Shown: positions 20,127 through 30,612 of the stretch, piece after piece
Numbering within the stretch: position 1 is the first letter of the stretch
Layout of the letters: every line of letters starts with the position of its first letter
Virus record (IMG/VR): IMGVR_UViG_3300016474_000553
Coordinates: 1-38,285 of that record
DNA: 38,285 nucleotides
Origin: a virus
Lineage: Duplodnaviria > Caudoviricetes
Reading direction: 5' to 3' (one strand)
Position numbers and translations under genes: made by a program
Notes under the pieces: model-generated
The model's database searches: none
Told to the model about the DNA's origin: nothing
Seen by the model: only the letters and a program-made list of their open reading frames with translations

Positions 20127-21240
20127 TTATAACTTTAAAATAATAATTATCATCAAAAATTAATGTTGAACCATCAATAACGGTTTTAATTAAAATTTTA
20201 TAATATCGTTCAGGTTCTAAACCATTCATATATAATGTAAAATAACTCCCTTGACTATCAGCGCTCAGTTGAGTATATTGGTCATCAAAATCTATGACAA
20301 CTTCATTAGTGTCCAAGTCTTTTATTGAAAAATATGAAGAAGTTGGTAAATAATAATTTGTAGTATAAAGTGAAGATGTTTGGAATGCCCTAGCAGGATA
20401 TGTTGGTCTACTATTTACTCTAAATCTATTTACACTTTCAGGATAAAACACACCTGGATTTTCATCTAAAGCTACAGTAGCATTAGGAGTATTTAGTATA
20501 TTATTAGTAGATGATCCTGTATTCCAAACATAATCTCTCCATCTAAATTCTAGTTGTGGTGGATAAATAGTATGAGTATCTCTAGAAAAGAATTGCATTT
20601 TAATTTGATAATTCTCATCATCAATAAACTCAACAGCTTGTTTAGCTATCAGACCATTATTTTCTATAGTACCACTATACCATGCTTTAACCATATTAGT
20701 AATATCAGTATTGATATCACCGGTTTCAGTATAAGCAAAACTTTGGGTTGAAAAAATTGGTAATACAGTAGAATTAGAAGATCCAGTATACCAATTGCCT
20801 CCACCTAAAGTTCCACTGTATGATGCTGTCACATTAGCTGGGAAACTAGTTGTAGTCCAGGCATTACTACCAGAATATGATCTCCATCCCCAACTTACAC
20901 CATTTTGAACTTCAGGAGAATAATTATATTTTCCTGTACCCATGTTCCAAGAACCATATATTGGGTAGAATTCAAGTTGGGTATCAAGGTTTAATCCTTC
21001 TAATTCTGCTAAAAATCCTCTAAAATATGCTTTCCAACTTAAGTCACTAATTTTATTAGTAATGATATCATTAATCTCAGTATCAGAAAACTGTACTAAA
21101 AATCTGCTAGTTTGAGGTGAGGTTGAAGCATTAATAACTGAGGTTGATGTTTCTATAATTTCATCTAACCCAGTATTTCTGCTGGGGTATAATGAATATA
21201 TAGTAGCATCTTTAGTAGGAAAAATCTTATAAACTGCCAT
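20119..21240 (-). CDS. Virion structural protein (DNRLRE-like beta domain)
   Basis: KDATIY...NTG...SRFLVQF...DIT.MVKAW...NNGL...FFS....YPPQL pattern. Confidence 0.55.
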   Translation of the reverse strand: MAVYKIFPTKDATIYSLYPSRNTGLDEIIETSTSVINASTSPQTSRFLVQFSDTEINDIITNKISDLSWKAYFRGFLAELEGLNLDTQLEFYPIYGSWNMGTGKYNYSPEVQNGVSWGWRSYSGSNAWTTTSFPANVTASYSGTLGGGNWYTGSSNSTVLPIFSTQSFAYTETGDINTDITNMVKAWYSGTIENNGLIAKQAVEFIDDENYQIKMQFFSRDTHTIYPPQLEFRWRDYVWNTGSSTNNILNTPNATVALDENPGVFYPESVNRFRVNSRPTYPARAFQTSSLYTTNYYLPTSSYFSIKDLDTNEVVIDFDDQYTQLSADSQGSYFTLYMNGLEPERYYKILIKTVIDGSTLIFDDNYYFKVING

Positions 21241-21261
21241 TTTTTATTATAAATATAAAAA

Positions 21262-23109
21262 TTATAAAGATACAACACGTCCTTTAATATCACTATCAGG
21301 ATATTTAACTTCAAAAATCATTGGGTCTACAGATGGATAAATAACATTATTTTGAGTAGCTCCAATAACATCATAAGCATAAATTGAGTAATTAGAACCA
21401 CATTTGTTAGTCACACTAACATTTTTAACTGTTTGAACACCATCTATTCTATCAAGCATAACATAAATATCTTTTAATATGATAGGTTCATTCATTTGCC
21501 ATTTGTCAATATTAAAATAATCTTTAACAGCAGTTATACATTTAAATAAAATATCATTGTTATTATAATTAGGTAAAACTATGATATCAAAATCTACCCC
21601 AATATTAATAACAAAACCATCTCTAATTTTAATAGAATCATTAACTATTCTATATTGAGAAAGATATGTTTTTAGATTTTGTTTTAAACTAGATGTGGCG
21701 TTTTTTAATTTTTTATTACTATCATAAGCTAAAACATATAAGTTAATAGATGATAATGATTCACCTGGGAGTAGGTTTTCTATTTTTTCAGGTTCAGCAT
21801 ATATTTTAGCTAAAGATCCATATTGGGGAGGTAAACTCATAGCTCTAACTAAGTAGTCATCTTGAGTGACTGATCTTAATTGAGCTCCAAAAGCAGCTAA
21901 AGAGTTTTGTTTTATTTCTTCTGCAGTATCACCGTCTGATCCACCTGAAGCTGCTGTTGAGTTTTGAATTGTCACAGAATTTCTAACACCTTCTGCTAAA
22001 TCATTATCAGGTATATCTTCATTAGGGGTAGTTATATTATCAATATTAGATATACTAGCAAAAGCATTAGCAGGTATATTAGCAGCTACACCACCACCAG
22101 TTAAATACCTAACTGTTAAAGTAGTGCTAGAAGGAGCTATACCATAAGTACTAGTATATAAAAAATTAGCTGGGTCATAAGCTGTATATAGATACTCATT
22201 TGTGGAGAAAAAGTTTCCTACGTTTGTAGGGTTGGGGATAACTTCTTCTTCAACATTAGCTGTAGTTGTACCTGCTCCAAATTGAATTTGAAGAGTTGTA
22301 GGTGATGTAAAACGAGTTACAAATCGTCTAGGTGCTTTTTGGAGTTGCAATAAATAAGGAACTTCTCCTTTATCAGAATTAGTATTATTTATATTATCAT
22401 AAACCATTTCTTGGGCTAGATATGGTACTTCATACCATTTATTACCACCACTATCTTCTATATCTAGTATACCTACTATATCAGTGTTATTTATTTCTAC
22501 GGTTTGAAAACGTTGTGGGGCACCAAAAGTAAAGGTAGTAGTTTGTATATTAGCAGATATTGCTTTACGAGTTTTTTTAAGAATATAAAACTCTGGTTGG
22601 TTTGTAGTTGTGTCTATAGTTAAGATACTAACTTGAGTAGGATCTAATGAACTTGAAAAAGTAAAATCAACTGTATCTTGAATTATAAAGTTTGTAGTTC
22701 CTACTAAACTTGATTTTAAAATTGTATTATTGTTAATAAAGACAGCGTACCTATAATCAGGAGCATACCCATTAGGTGTTGATATAGATGGAATTTGTTG
22801 ATACACATCAACATCAACTATTGCTACTCCTGTAACTTTAGGCTTATAACCTAACATATATGCTAAAGTGTAAAGATTATTTTGTTGTCTAGCATATTGT
22901 ATAAAATTTTCTTGAATCTGGTTATCAAGATAAAATGATAAAACATCACCAACATAAGCTGACATTTCCAAGAATAACATACCTGGGGATGAAGGTGAGA
23001 AGTCATTATAAGTTGATGGGAAATAAGTTTTGGTGTATTCAATAAGAGAATTTCTTAAATCACCAAAATCTTTATTTACATATTTTATATCTCTGTTTTC
23101 AGCAGCCAT
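21262..23109 (-). CDS. Baseplate wedge subunit (T4 gp6 / Baseplate J-like)
   Basis: DFGDLRNSL...YNDFS..SPGMLFLEM.AYVGDVLSFYLD; GGSD...EEIK...RSVTQDDY. Confidence 0.9.
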   Translation of the reverse strand: MAAENRDIKYVNKDFGDLRNSLIEYTKTYFPSTYNDFSPSSPGMLFLEMSAYVGDVLSFYLDNQIQENFIQYARQQNNLYTLAYMLGYKPKVTGVAIVDVDVYQQIPSISTPNGYAPDYRYAVFINNNTILKSSLVGTTNFIIQDTVDFTFSSSLDPTQVSILTIDTTTNQPEFYILKKTRKAISANIQTTTFTFGAPQRFQTVEINNTDIVGILDIEDSGGNKWYEVPYLAQEMVYDNINNTNSDKGEVPYLLQLQKAPRRFVTRFTSPTTLQIQFGAGTTTANVEEEVIPNPTNVGNFFSTNEYLYTAYDPANFLYTSTYGIAPSSTTLTVRYLTGGGVAANIPANAFASISNIDNITTPNEDIPDNDLAEGVRNSVTIQNSTAASGGSDGDTAEEIKQNSLAAFGAQLRSVTQDDYLVRAMSLPPQYGSLAKIYAEPEKIENLLPGESLSSINLYVLAYDSNKKLKNATSSLKQNLKTYLSQYRIVNDSIKIRDGFVINIGVDFDIIVLPNYNNNDILFKCITAVKDYFNIDKWQMNEPIILKDIYVMLDRIDGVQTVKNVSVTNKCGSNYSIYAYDVIGATQNNVIYPSVDPMIFEVKYPDSDIKGRVVSL

Positions 23110-23111
23110 GT

Positions 23112-23612
23112 TTAGAATATTATTGTTATATTTTGAGCCTCACTACCATAAATTGAATAGACAATATCTAATTGAATAGCATTATCCTCATAAGCGGGTG
23201 TTAATGTTATAGAAATAACATTTACACTAGGAAAATTATCTCTAATATCATTAGTAAGTTTTATCTCTAAAGCTCTTAAATTTGATTCTGTTATATTTTC
23301 AAATATGAATTTTCTTAAGTTTGATCCAAAATTAGGATTTAATACACGTTCACCCTTATTTGTTAAAACATAATTAATTATATTTGATTTAATTTGATCT
23401 ACAGTTGTATAAGTTGAATTAAATACTGAGTTTCCTGTTGAATATATTGGGGAAAATTGTTCTTCATTTGGAGTAAAAGTAGTTTCACCAATGGAAGCTG
23501 TGTATAAAAGATTATTAAAAGTAGTACCTTTACCATTAAAAGGAATAGACACCCCAACAGCTACTCGCTTGTTTATATCTAAAGGATGCTTGTTTGGTAA
23601 TCTAATCGCCAT
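23112..23612 (-). CDS. Baseplate protein gp25/GpW-like
   Basis: IKSNIINYVLTNKGERVLNPNFGSNLRKFIFE. Confidence 0.9.
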   Translation of the reverse strand: MAIRLPNKHPLDINKRVAVGVSIPFNGKGTTFNNLLYTASIGETTFTPNEEQFSPIYSTGNSVFNSTYTTVDQIKSNIINYVLTNKGERVLNPNFGSNLRKFIFENITESNLRALEIKLTNDIRDNFPSVNVISITLTPAYEDNAIQLDIVYSIYGSEAQNITIIF

Positions 23613-23962
23613 TATTTAGTCATTAATCCCATTATTTGGTTTAAACTTACTTCACCACCAGGTAAACTTGAACCTTCACCTACTGTACTAACAGGAGGAG
23701 GAGTATATGCTGGTTGAGCATGTGATGAATTAGCAGTAATCATAGTATCAAATTCACCTCCAATCATAGCTCTTAAATTACGTTTAAGATCATGGTTTAC
23801 ATTAGTAGCGATTCCCATTGGTGCTTGATAAGCAGGGGTGTATGTTTCTTGCACTACAGTTTTAGGTGATTTTACAGCTTCAAGGAGTATATCTTTAATT
23901 TCTTCTTGAATCGCTTCACGAACTGCTTCTTTAATTAACTTTTTTAACATATCTGTTTTCAT
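23612..23962 (-). CDS. Hypothetical protein with LKKLIKEAVREAIQEE leader
   Basis: 116-aa ORF; ATATTTAT immediately upstream. Confidence 0.7.
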   Translation of the reverse strand: MKTDMLKKLIKEAVREAIQEEIKDILLEAVKSPKTVVQETYTPAYQAPMGIATNVNHDLKRNLRAMIGGEFDTMITANSSHAQPAYTPPPVSTVGEGSSLPGGEVSLNQIMGLMTK

Positions 23963-23978
23963 AGTTATAAATATTTGG

Positions 23979-26324
23979 TTATTCAGCTGTTAACTGAGGG
24001 TTTGAATCTATGATGAATTTTAGTTGGTTGAGTAAAACTTGTGGGTCAGATGCAAATGATGAATCTGTTTTTAGTATTGGGATGCCTGTTTTGGTTAGCG
24101 CTTGGGCAAAACGACGAGGATATTTACTAGAGTTAGAAGCATCAAGTTTGATCTCTAATTTAAATCCTTTATAAGTGTTATCTTCTTGAGTTGCTTGTAT
24201 CACATTACTATTACTTATTCCAGTTGATTGATTAACAAAACTATTTAATTCAGTATTAATAGTCTCAAAAGGTATATCTTGTTCTTGAGCACACTGTTGT
24301 ATTAAAATATCTAAATTATTTAAAAGTCTCAATACTATACCTAAGACAGCTCCAAAAGCTGCTAAAGCTAAAGTAACAATACTTATAACAACATTTGCTT
24401 TTTTTAAAGCATCTTTTAGCTTATCTTTACCAGATCCTGTTAGTTCTATAACACCTGTAGTTAATGGGGGTAAACCGACTGGGAAAGTAAATGGAGGGAT
24501 ACCAGTTGCGGGGTAAGGTAATGTTTCTATGATTAATATTCCCGCTTGTATAGCTGTGATAGCTATATTGGTCACAGATAATATTTTAGATAAAGTAGTG
24601 ATGGTTTTATAAGCGTTATTGATTTGTTTAACAAGTTTATTTCTTTTATTTATTAATTCTAATATTTTAGCTTGACTAGGACAAGATATCTGGTCTTTTA
24701 TTTTGTCTAAAGGTATTTTAGAGACAATAGCTTGAAGAGCTACAGCTCCAAAAGGAGCTAATAGTTTAATAATAATAGGTATAATTGTTTTTTTAAGTTC
24801 TTCTTTTTTATTATTTGCTGAATTGGCTAGTCTCTCTTGTGGGGAAAGTTCAGAATTACCTTGTTGTTTAATTAGCTTAGTTTCCTCAGTTAGAATTTCT
24901 TGATTAAGTTTATTAGTAGCGGTATCTGTCACATCTGGAGTGGTTGATACAGTCACACGAGGTAAATCATATTGTTTACCTTCTTCACCAGTTATATCTC
25001 CTCCAGTTTGTTGTATATTAGTAACTTCCCTAATTTCATGTCCTTCTTTTGAAAAAGTTATAGTTGAACTTTTAGGATCAAAAGTAGAAGGAGCCATTAT
25101 TTCCCAATTTCCATCTTTATCAGTCACAACAGTTACAGGTTCCTCAATTTCTGAGGGGTCCATTTCTTTTGAACTATCAAATTTAAGATTTATTATATTA
25201 TACTCTGTACCTTTTTCACTCCATGCTTTTTTTAAAGCATCTGTGTTTATATAATTTGGTTGGGGTGGTGGATCAACTTTATATTTGTCTGTTCTAGTCC
25301 CATAACTGGGATATTTGCTTAGTAACCATTTTCTAAAATCATCACTTTCAGCTGATGTTTTAAAAGGAGTATTTGGATATCCTTGAATTTCAGGGGTTGA
25401 TGGAGTGGGAGATGAGGGTTTATCTATAGTTTGTTGTGTAAGCTGCTGATTAGTGATGGAAGAAGCTTTTTTTCTAGCTGTTTCTTTATCAATGGAATCA
25501 GCTATGATATTTCCTTGTTCATCTTTAACTTCATATTTTCCTGTAGTTTCATTAAATGTAGGTTCATTTAATTTTGTTGTTTTTGGAGGATTTATTTTTA
25601 CTACTGCTCCTGCTACTGGTTGGCCTTTTTCATTTTTAACTGTACCTGAGATTTTATTTTGGGTTAGGTTAGGTGTTCCTTTAGGTCCAACATAATATGT
25701 AGGGAAGAATAATGGAGGTTTATTTGAATATTCAACTCTAGTTTTTATTAAAACTATAACAACATCTTTAACTGTTATTTTTGTTTTTGAAGGATTAGGG
25801 CCTTGACCTCCATAGTAACCACTATTACCTTCACCTGTAGTGACATATCCATGTACTGTACTTTTTTTTGTGATAATAGGGAATGAAGCAAATTCTAAGC
25901 CTAAAGCTTGAACAGCATCTTCTAAATTCTTTTGAGAACCTTCATTTTCTCCAGCTATATATTTTCTAACATCTTTTCTCTTATTAAGAACTAACCAATC
26001 ACCTAATTTGGATTGAGTTTCTTTATCTAACTTTTGGTTTAAATTAAGATTTAAAGCTTTGACAGCTGCTTTAAATGTATCAGGTATAAGTTGATACCTA
26101 CCAATAGCAAATAATCGTTTACCATCAATAAGTTTTATATATGATTGAGAATCTAAAATTTCTTGTACTGTTAAAGAAGTAACAGGAGGATTAGTAGAAA
26201 TACCACCACCTCCAGAGTTTCCATAATTATATACATTATACCCATCACCTGTTTTATCAACATTAATACTCTCAACAGATGCTATAAGATCTTTTAATAT
26301 ATTTAATCCTGTTTGGTTAGCCAT
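23979..26324 (-). CDS. Baseplate-associated fusion: lysozyme/lytic transglycosylase domain + carboxypeptidase-regulatory-like beta domain + hydrophobic helical C-terminus
   Basis: IASVES...YNVYN...AIGRYQLIPDT...EFASFP (lambda-lysozyme-like); ISGTVKNEKGQPVAGAVVKI; C-terminal hydrophobic helices. Confidence 0.7.
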   Translation of the reverse strand: MANQTGLNILKDLIASVESINVDKTGDGYNVYNYGNSGGGGISTNPPVTSLTVQEILDSQSYIKLIDGKRLFAIGRYQLIPDTFKAAVKALNLNLNQKLDKETQSKLGDWLVLNKRKDVRKYIAGENEGSQKNLEDAVQALGLEFASFPIITKKSTVHGYVTTGEGNSGYYGGQGPNPSKTKITVKDVVIVLIKTRVEYSNKPPLFFPTYYVGPKGTPNLTQNKISGTVKNEKGQPVAGAVVKINPPKTTKLNEPTFNETTGKYEVKDEQGNIIADSIDKETARKKASSITNQQLTQQTIDKPSSPTPSTPEIQGYPNTPFKTSAESDDFRKWLLSKYPSYGTRTDKYKVDPPPQPNYINTDALKKAWSEKGTEYNIINLKFDSSKEMDPSEIEEPVTVVTDKDGNWEIMAPSTFDPKSSTITFSKEGHEIREVTNIQQTGGDITGEEGKQYDLPRVTVSTTPDVTDTATNKLNQEILTEETKLIKQQGNSELSPQERLANSANNKKEELKKTIIPIIIKLLAPFGAVALQAIVSKIPLDKIKDQISCPSQAKILELINKRNKLVKQINNAYKTITTLSKILSVTNIAITAIQAGILIIETLPYPATGIPPFTFPVGLPPLTTGVIELTGSGKDKLKDALKKANVVISIVTLALAAFGAVLGIVLRLLNNLDILIQQCAQEQDIPFETINTELNSFVNQSTGISNSNVIQATQEDNTYKGFKLEIKLDASNSSKYPRRFAQALTKTGIPILKTDSSFASDPQVLLNQLKFIIDSNPQLTAE

Positions 26325-26332
26325 ATGGGTTA

Positions 26333-27631
26333 TTATCTTTTACTTCCTTGGTTTATATAAACCTGATTGGAAAGAATCTCTTTATTATTAAGAGTATTTT
26401 TAAAATTAGTGCAAGCTGATTTTAATATAGGGCCAGCTGAAGTTAATGTAGCTACCGGACCTATAATAGCTACATTTGTTGTCATAGCTTCAGCTACTAT
26501 TTCTATAGATTGAATAAATGTTAAAAGAGCTTGAGTTAATTTTTCACCTAATACAGCTGATTGAAGTTGAATTCCTTCACTACCAAATGAAGATCCAAGA
26601 TATAATTTGGGGGCAGCTAAAGTGATTTGATTAACAGCATCAAAATTAAGTGTAGTATTAGCTGAAAGATGGATTGATTTGTTAGAACTTAATATAATAT
26701 CATCTTTTTTAGAATTAAACACTAATTGGCCTGAATTGAGTAGTATCTGGTTTCCTAGATAATTTTGGTTGTTAGGGACTTGATCTATATTAGATCCATA
26801 TGAATCAGGTATATTGCTAGATAGAATTAAAGGGATTTGTTGTCCTGCTGTTAAATAAATAGAAGATTTATCTATATTAATATTTTCTAAAGTAGGTACC
26901 CATGAGTCAGTGTTATTATTCACATTTTTAGATCCATCATCTTGTCCATTTCTTATAATAGTAATAGGAGATCCATCTCTACCAGCTCTAGACCAATTAT
27001 TAGGATAATCTACATCACGAACTGTTGATCCAAATCTAATAGAACTACCAAAGCGTCCTTCATAGATTATATCCCCTTCATATGGTAAAAGAGGATAATT
27101 ATTTAAAACATTATTTTCATTAAAAGTATATCCTAATTCTATATCAGTATCTTGGTCAGTTATTCTTCTAACAGATCCTGCTTCTACTAATGGATATTCT
27201 TTATTTTCTAATTCAGGAGTAATATTTGATGATGGAACAGCATTATGTATTTGGCTATTCCAAACATTTATTGGGGGTAAATAATAAGCAGATACAGCTG
27301 ATGTATTTTCTGTAATGTTAGGGTCTGCTAGATATACTATAGGTACTAATTCATTAATTAAAGGATACTGTTTAATATTAGGGAAAGCAGGATAAGCAGG
27401 TATAAGGACAATTTCTTCTTTACGGTTAGGTTGAATTGTAGGTTCAATGAAGATAATACCTATACTGTTCCAACCTCCGAATTCATCAAAGCGAGGATGA
27501 GAATCATTTAATATAATATCTCTAACTCTACTAGAAATAATAACATTAGATGATGTTGAAGATTTAACATCAAGTTTAGGAGCATTAAATTGAATAACAC
27601 CACCAATGTTATTTTTAAATTGGTTAAACAT
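26333..27631 (-). CDS. Baseplate hub / central spike protein (gp5-like)
   Basis: N-terminal OB-like part (YPLINELV), EGDIIYEGRFGSSIRF, beta-repeat LNSGQLVFNSKKDDIILSSNKSIHLSA. Confidence 0.7.
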   Translation of the reverse strand: MFNQFKNNIGGVIQFNAPKLDVKSSTSSNVIISSRVRDIILNDSHPRFDEFGGWNSIGIIFIEPTIQPNRKEEIVLIPAYPAFPNIKQYPLINELVPIVYLADPNITENTSAVSAYYLPPINVWNSQIHNAVPSSNITPELENKEYPLVEAGSVRRITDQDTDIELGYTFNENNVLNNYPLLPYEGDIIYEGRFGSSIRFGSTVRDVDYPNNWSRAGRDGSPITIIRNGQDDGSKNVNNNTDSWVPTLENINIDKSSIYLTAGQQIPLILSSNIPDSYGSNIDQVPNNQNYLGNQILLNSGQLVFNSKKDDIILSSNKSIHLSANTTLNFDAVNQITLAAPKLYLGSSFGSEGIQLQSAVLGEKLTQALLTFIQSIEIVAEAMTTNVAIIGPVATLTSAGPILKSACTNFKNTLNNKEILSNQVYINQGSKR

Positions 27632-27972
27632 TACTCACCTCCTTCTTTAAACTTGTCTATTTCAGCAAGTAATTGAGCTTTTTCTTCCTCAGAAATACCA
27701 AAACCACCTTCAGCGGTTCCGTTATTATTCATAATACGTTGGATAATAGTAGCCATTTTAATTAATTGTTCATCATTTTTAACACTTATTTCTAAGTATT
27801 CTTTAATTAAAGGAACAATCAAAGTAGCATCACCTATTTCATTTACTAGTGGTTTTAATTCTGATATTAAAGCAGAGATTTGTTTATCTTTTTTCTTTTG
27901 ATTATTATATATTTCTTCTAAAATATCAGAAAATTTCTTACCACCAAATACAATATTATCTAAACCATTCAT
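27631..27972 (-). CDS. Hypothetical helical protein
   Basis: 113-aa ORF; first gene after an ATATTTAT motif. Confidence 0.7.
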   Translation of the reverse strand: MNGLDNIVFGGKKFSDILEEIYNNQKKKDKQISALISELKPLVNEIGDATLIVPLIKEYLEISVKNDEQLIKMATIIQRIMNNNGTAEGGFGISEEEKAQLLAEIDKFKEGGE

Positions 27973-27987
27973 GATACATGTTTAATA

Positions 27988-27995
27988 ATAAATAT
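27988..27995 (-). promoter_or_regulatory. Putative late promoter ATATTTAT heading the baseplate operon (representative of about 10 intergenic copies)
   Basis: Same 8-mer 4-22 nt upstream of ATG at 1909, 8258, 13906, 14931, 21249, 23967, 27988, 31953 and 35021, plus a further-upstream copy at 8301. Confidence 0.55.
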
Positions 27996-27997
27996 AA

Positions 27998-28708
27998 TTA
28001 TGGGAAATTTGTATACCCATTTTCTAAATAAAAATAATAATGTTCTTTAAACATATCATATAATTTATTAGCTATTTTAGTGATTTTTGGGGTTTTAACA
28101 TCAATTATTTCTCGAATGTATATATATAATGCTTTTTTATTAAATATTTCTATACTTTCTCTTTTACGAAACAATTCTAAAATGGCATCTGCTATCTTAG
28201 CATCTCCTTCTTTAGGGAAAAGAGTATAAATATTTTTAGAACAATATCCTGTAAACTCATCTAAAAATAAAGAAAGTTTATCTATAGGATCATCTGATAA
28301 TGAGTAACTATATTTCTCATCTGATTCTAATTCTTCAATTGGGGCTTTATCTACTCGTTTTTTATAATTTTTGGTATTTGAAATAATTAAATAACGTTTA
28401 GCAATAGTTCCAAAGTATGAGTAGGCTTTAGCTCCTTTTTCTGGGTTGAAAAGATGTATTTTAGATAACAAAAATGAAATTACTTCATGTTGTAAATCTT
28501 CAATATTGCTTACCTCAGTATAATAGAATTTAAAAGTATGGATAATATTTTCTGTTAATTTAAAAAACGCATAATGGATACGCTCACGATATATTTTACT
28601 TCTTAATTCAAAATCTAAAGTATTATTATATTCAATAATAGCATTTTCTGTTTCTTGAGTGAAATACATTCCGCTTGTTTTTGGTTTAATTATTATCTCA
28701 CTACTCAT
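27998..28708 (-). CDS. Phage sigma factor for late transcription (T4 gp55-like)
   Basis: Sigma region-2-like EDLQHEVISFLLSKIHLFNPEKGAKAYSYFGTIAKRYLI. Confidence 0.7.
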   Translation of the reverse strand: MSSEIIIKPKTSGMYFTQETENAIIEYNNTLDFELRSKIYRERIHYAFFKLTENIIHTFKFYYTEVSNIEDLQHEVISFLLSKIHLFNPEKGAKAYSYFGTIAKRYLIISNTKNYKKRVDKAPIEELESDEKYSYSLSDDPIDKLSLFLDEFTGYCSKNIYTLFPKEGDAKIADAILELFRKRESIEIFNKKALYIYIREIIDVKTPKITKIANKLYDMFKEHYYFYLENGYTNFP

Positions 28709-28980
28709 AAATTTTTAATATTAAATTGATTTAAAATACTTTGGATTTGTTTAACTGATTCAAAGAAAAATCCTATCTCATCATCTGATTTAAATGATTC
28801 TCTAGCATCTACTTCTTTAAGTTTTTTATCTGAAAGATCAATTACATCAGAGATTTTGTTTAGATAAGACATATACCCCATTAGGATATCTTCTTGTTTT
28901 TCATTTTTTCTAAGTAAGTTAAAGGTCGTGTATCCTAAGATCACGACCATCAAACTTAATATAATAATTGCTATAATCAT
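28705..28980 (-). CDS. Small membrane-anchored protein
   Basis: N-terminal TM helix; DDEIGFFF motif. Confidence 0.7.
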   Translation of the reverse strand: MIIAIIILSLMVVILGYTTFNLLRKNEKQEDILMGYMSYLNKISDVIDLSDKKLKEVDARESFKSDDEIGFFFESVKQIQSILNQFNIKNL

Positions 28981-29753
28981 ATATTATCTAGTAAACTTTT
29001 TAATCCTTCACTCTTGATATTACCTAAAGCTTTAGTCTTAACAGGTGATTTCTTGTTCTTCTCAATAGTGAAATTTGATGAATTACTTTGGGTTACTTCG
29101 CCTTTAAGTTTAGGCATCCATACTTGCTCGAACTCAATACGTGCTGCCATTAAATCCGCTTGATGTACAATAAATACTAATGCAGTACGTGGTTTTGTTT
29201 CTGGTGACCAAGACATTAGATATGACTTGTTAGCATCATCATATAAACCATCATGTAATTTAATTGCTAACATTTCGTTTCTGGAGAATGTAATGCCATG
29301 AGACATAAGTAAATGTAATCCACGATCTGGTACTGACATATATTCAAGACGATCATTAAATTTATAGTCTTCACCTAGTTTTTCTTTACGCCATTGGTCT
29401 GTCTGGGGAATATATGATTCATTTTGTTCATCTCCCATTTTACCTAAGTCATGATTTAAAGAAGCAAATACTAATTCTTCAACTGTATATGTTGAAGTAT
29501 CAACTCCCATTTCAACCCAAACTTTATTTAATTTGAGAGCGCACTGTACTACTCGTAATACGTGATCCACATAACCACCTGGGAATGCATTATGATATTC
29601 TTTTTTATGAGAAGCAGGCATAAGCATAATACGCTCGGCATACTGTTCATAAAATGCTTTTAATTCAGAACATCTAGGTTCAGAGATATGTTCATCAATG
29701 ATGGACAAAAATTTGTTCCAATTGTCTTGGATTTGTTCTGCTGTTAATTTCAT
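28977..29753 (-). CDS. HD-domain phosphohydrolase (YhaM-like)
   Basis: PAS..YHNAFPGGYVDH...HDLGK...HDG...HQAD. Confidence 0.85.
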   Translation of the reverse strand: MKLTAEQIQDNWNKFLSIIDEHISEPRCSELKAFYEQYAERIMLMPASHKKEYHNAFPGGYVDHVLRVVQCALKLNKVWVEMGVDTSTYTVEELVFASLNHDLGKMGDEQNESYIPQTDQWRKEKLGEDYKFNDRLEYMSVPDRGLHLLMSHGITFSRNEMLAIKLHDGLYDDANKSYLMSWSPETKPRTALVFIVHQADLMAARIEFEQVWMPKLKGEVTQSNSSNFTIEKNKKSPVKTKALGNIKSEGLKSLLDNI

Positions 29754-29953
29754 CGTGCAGCAACATTTAATTCATAACCATCAACAGGCTCGCTTTCAAC
29801 ATAAGCTCTAGCTTGTTCAATTGATTCTCTAATACGTTCTAGAGCAGCCTTATATTCTTCAATAGGCTGTTGTTGGTTAACAATAAAGTTAAGTTGGTTT
29901 GTCAATCCCTCAATCTTATTGAGTTCATGTAAAATACTGTTTCTATGTTTCAT
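29750..29953 (-). CDS. Small hypothetical protein
   Basis: 67-aa ORF, ATGA-coupled to the HD gene. Confidence 0.65.
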   Translation of the reverse strand: MKHRNSILHELNKIEGLTNQLNFIVNQQQPIEEYKAALERIRESIEQARAYVESEPVDGYELNVAAR

Positions 29954-30032
29954 ATATTTGTTTTTAATAACGTTATTACATTATCACGTTTCTTATCTCT
30001 ACGTTTTAATGTTTTCCTTATAACTCGTAATT

Positions 30033-30064
30033 ATACAATACTAAAAGAAAATTACGGGGCCAAA
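30033..30064 (-). promoter_or_regulatory. Host-type (Bacteroidota) promoter for the HD/sigma operon
   Basis: TTTG-GCCCCGTAATTTTCTTTTAG(20)-TATTGTAT; -7 box imperfect. Confidence 0.45.
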
Positions 30065-30070
30065 TTATTT

Positions 30071-30484
30071 TTAAGAGAGATTTACTATGTCTTGAATTTG
30101 TTTCAAGAATATACATCTTTCATATTCTTCTACACTTTCAAAATATATTAAGGCCGCGTCTAGTGTTTTTTTAAATACATCATCTGAATATAAATGAATG
30201 CAATCAAGATGTGTTTGGTTGGTAGTGTCTAATTTAAATAGATGATTATAAGCTTTATCATAAACCATATATCCACTAACTCTTTCAACTTCATCAACAT
30301 CCAGATCTGGATTAGCATCCCCTAAAAATTTAATTAATTGCTTAGCAAATGTTTCATAATTAGTAATTAATCTTTTAAACATTCCTATCCAAATTACAGG
30401 ACTATCAGACAAATCTATCTGTGATATAATCTCTTCAGGTTCTTCAGGAGACTTAAATAAACTAAATATTTTGTTAATATTCAT
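30071..30484 (-). CDS. Hypothetical protein with C-terminal UVR-like motif
   Basis: YFESVEEYERCIFLK. Confidence 0.65.
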   Translation of the reverse strand: MNINKIFSLFKSPEEPEEIISQIDLSDSPVIWIGMFKRLITNYETFAKQLIKFLGDANPDLDVDEVERVSGYMVYDKAYNHLFKLDTTNQTHLDCIHLYSDDVFKKTLDAALIYFESVEEYERCIFLKQIQDIVNLS

Positions 30485-30565
30485 ACATTATACATATGGT
30501 TAAAACTGGTTTTTAGTGGGTTTAATAGTACCACTTATACCTTATACATATTGTAATATAACAAG

Positions 30566-30590
30566 AAAAAAAGCGGCTAAAAGCCGCTTT
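30566..30590 (-). terminator. Rho-independent terminator
   Basis: AAAGCGGCT-loop-AGCCGCTTT followed by a T-tract on the minus strand. Confidence 0.8.
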
Positions 30591-30612
30591 AAAAAGTAAG
30601 TTTAAGTTATTA

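Noticed and set aside
13905-23974. T4 late promoter TATAAATA driving plus-strand transcripts
   Set aside because: It occurs on the plus strand where there are no credible genes; better explained as the reverse complement of the coding-strand ATATTTAT motif
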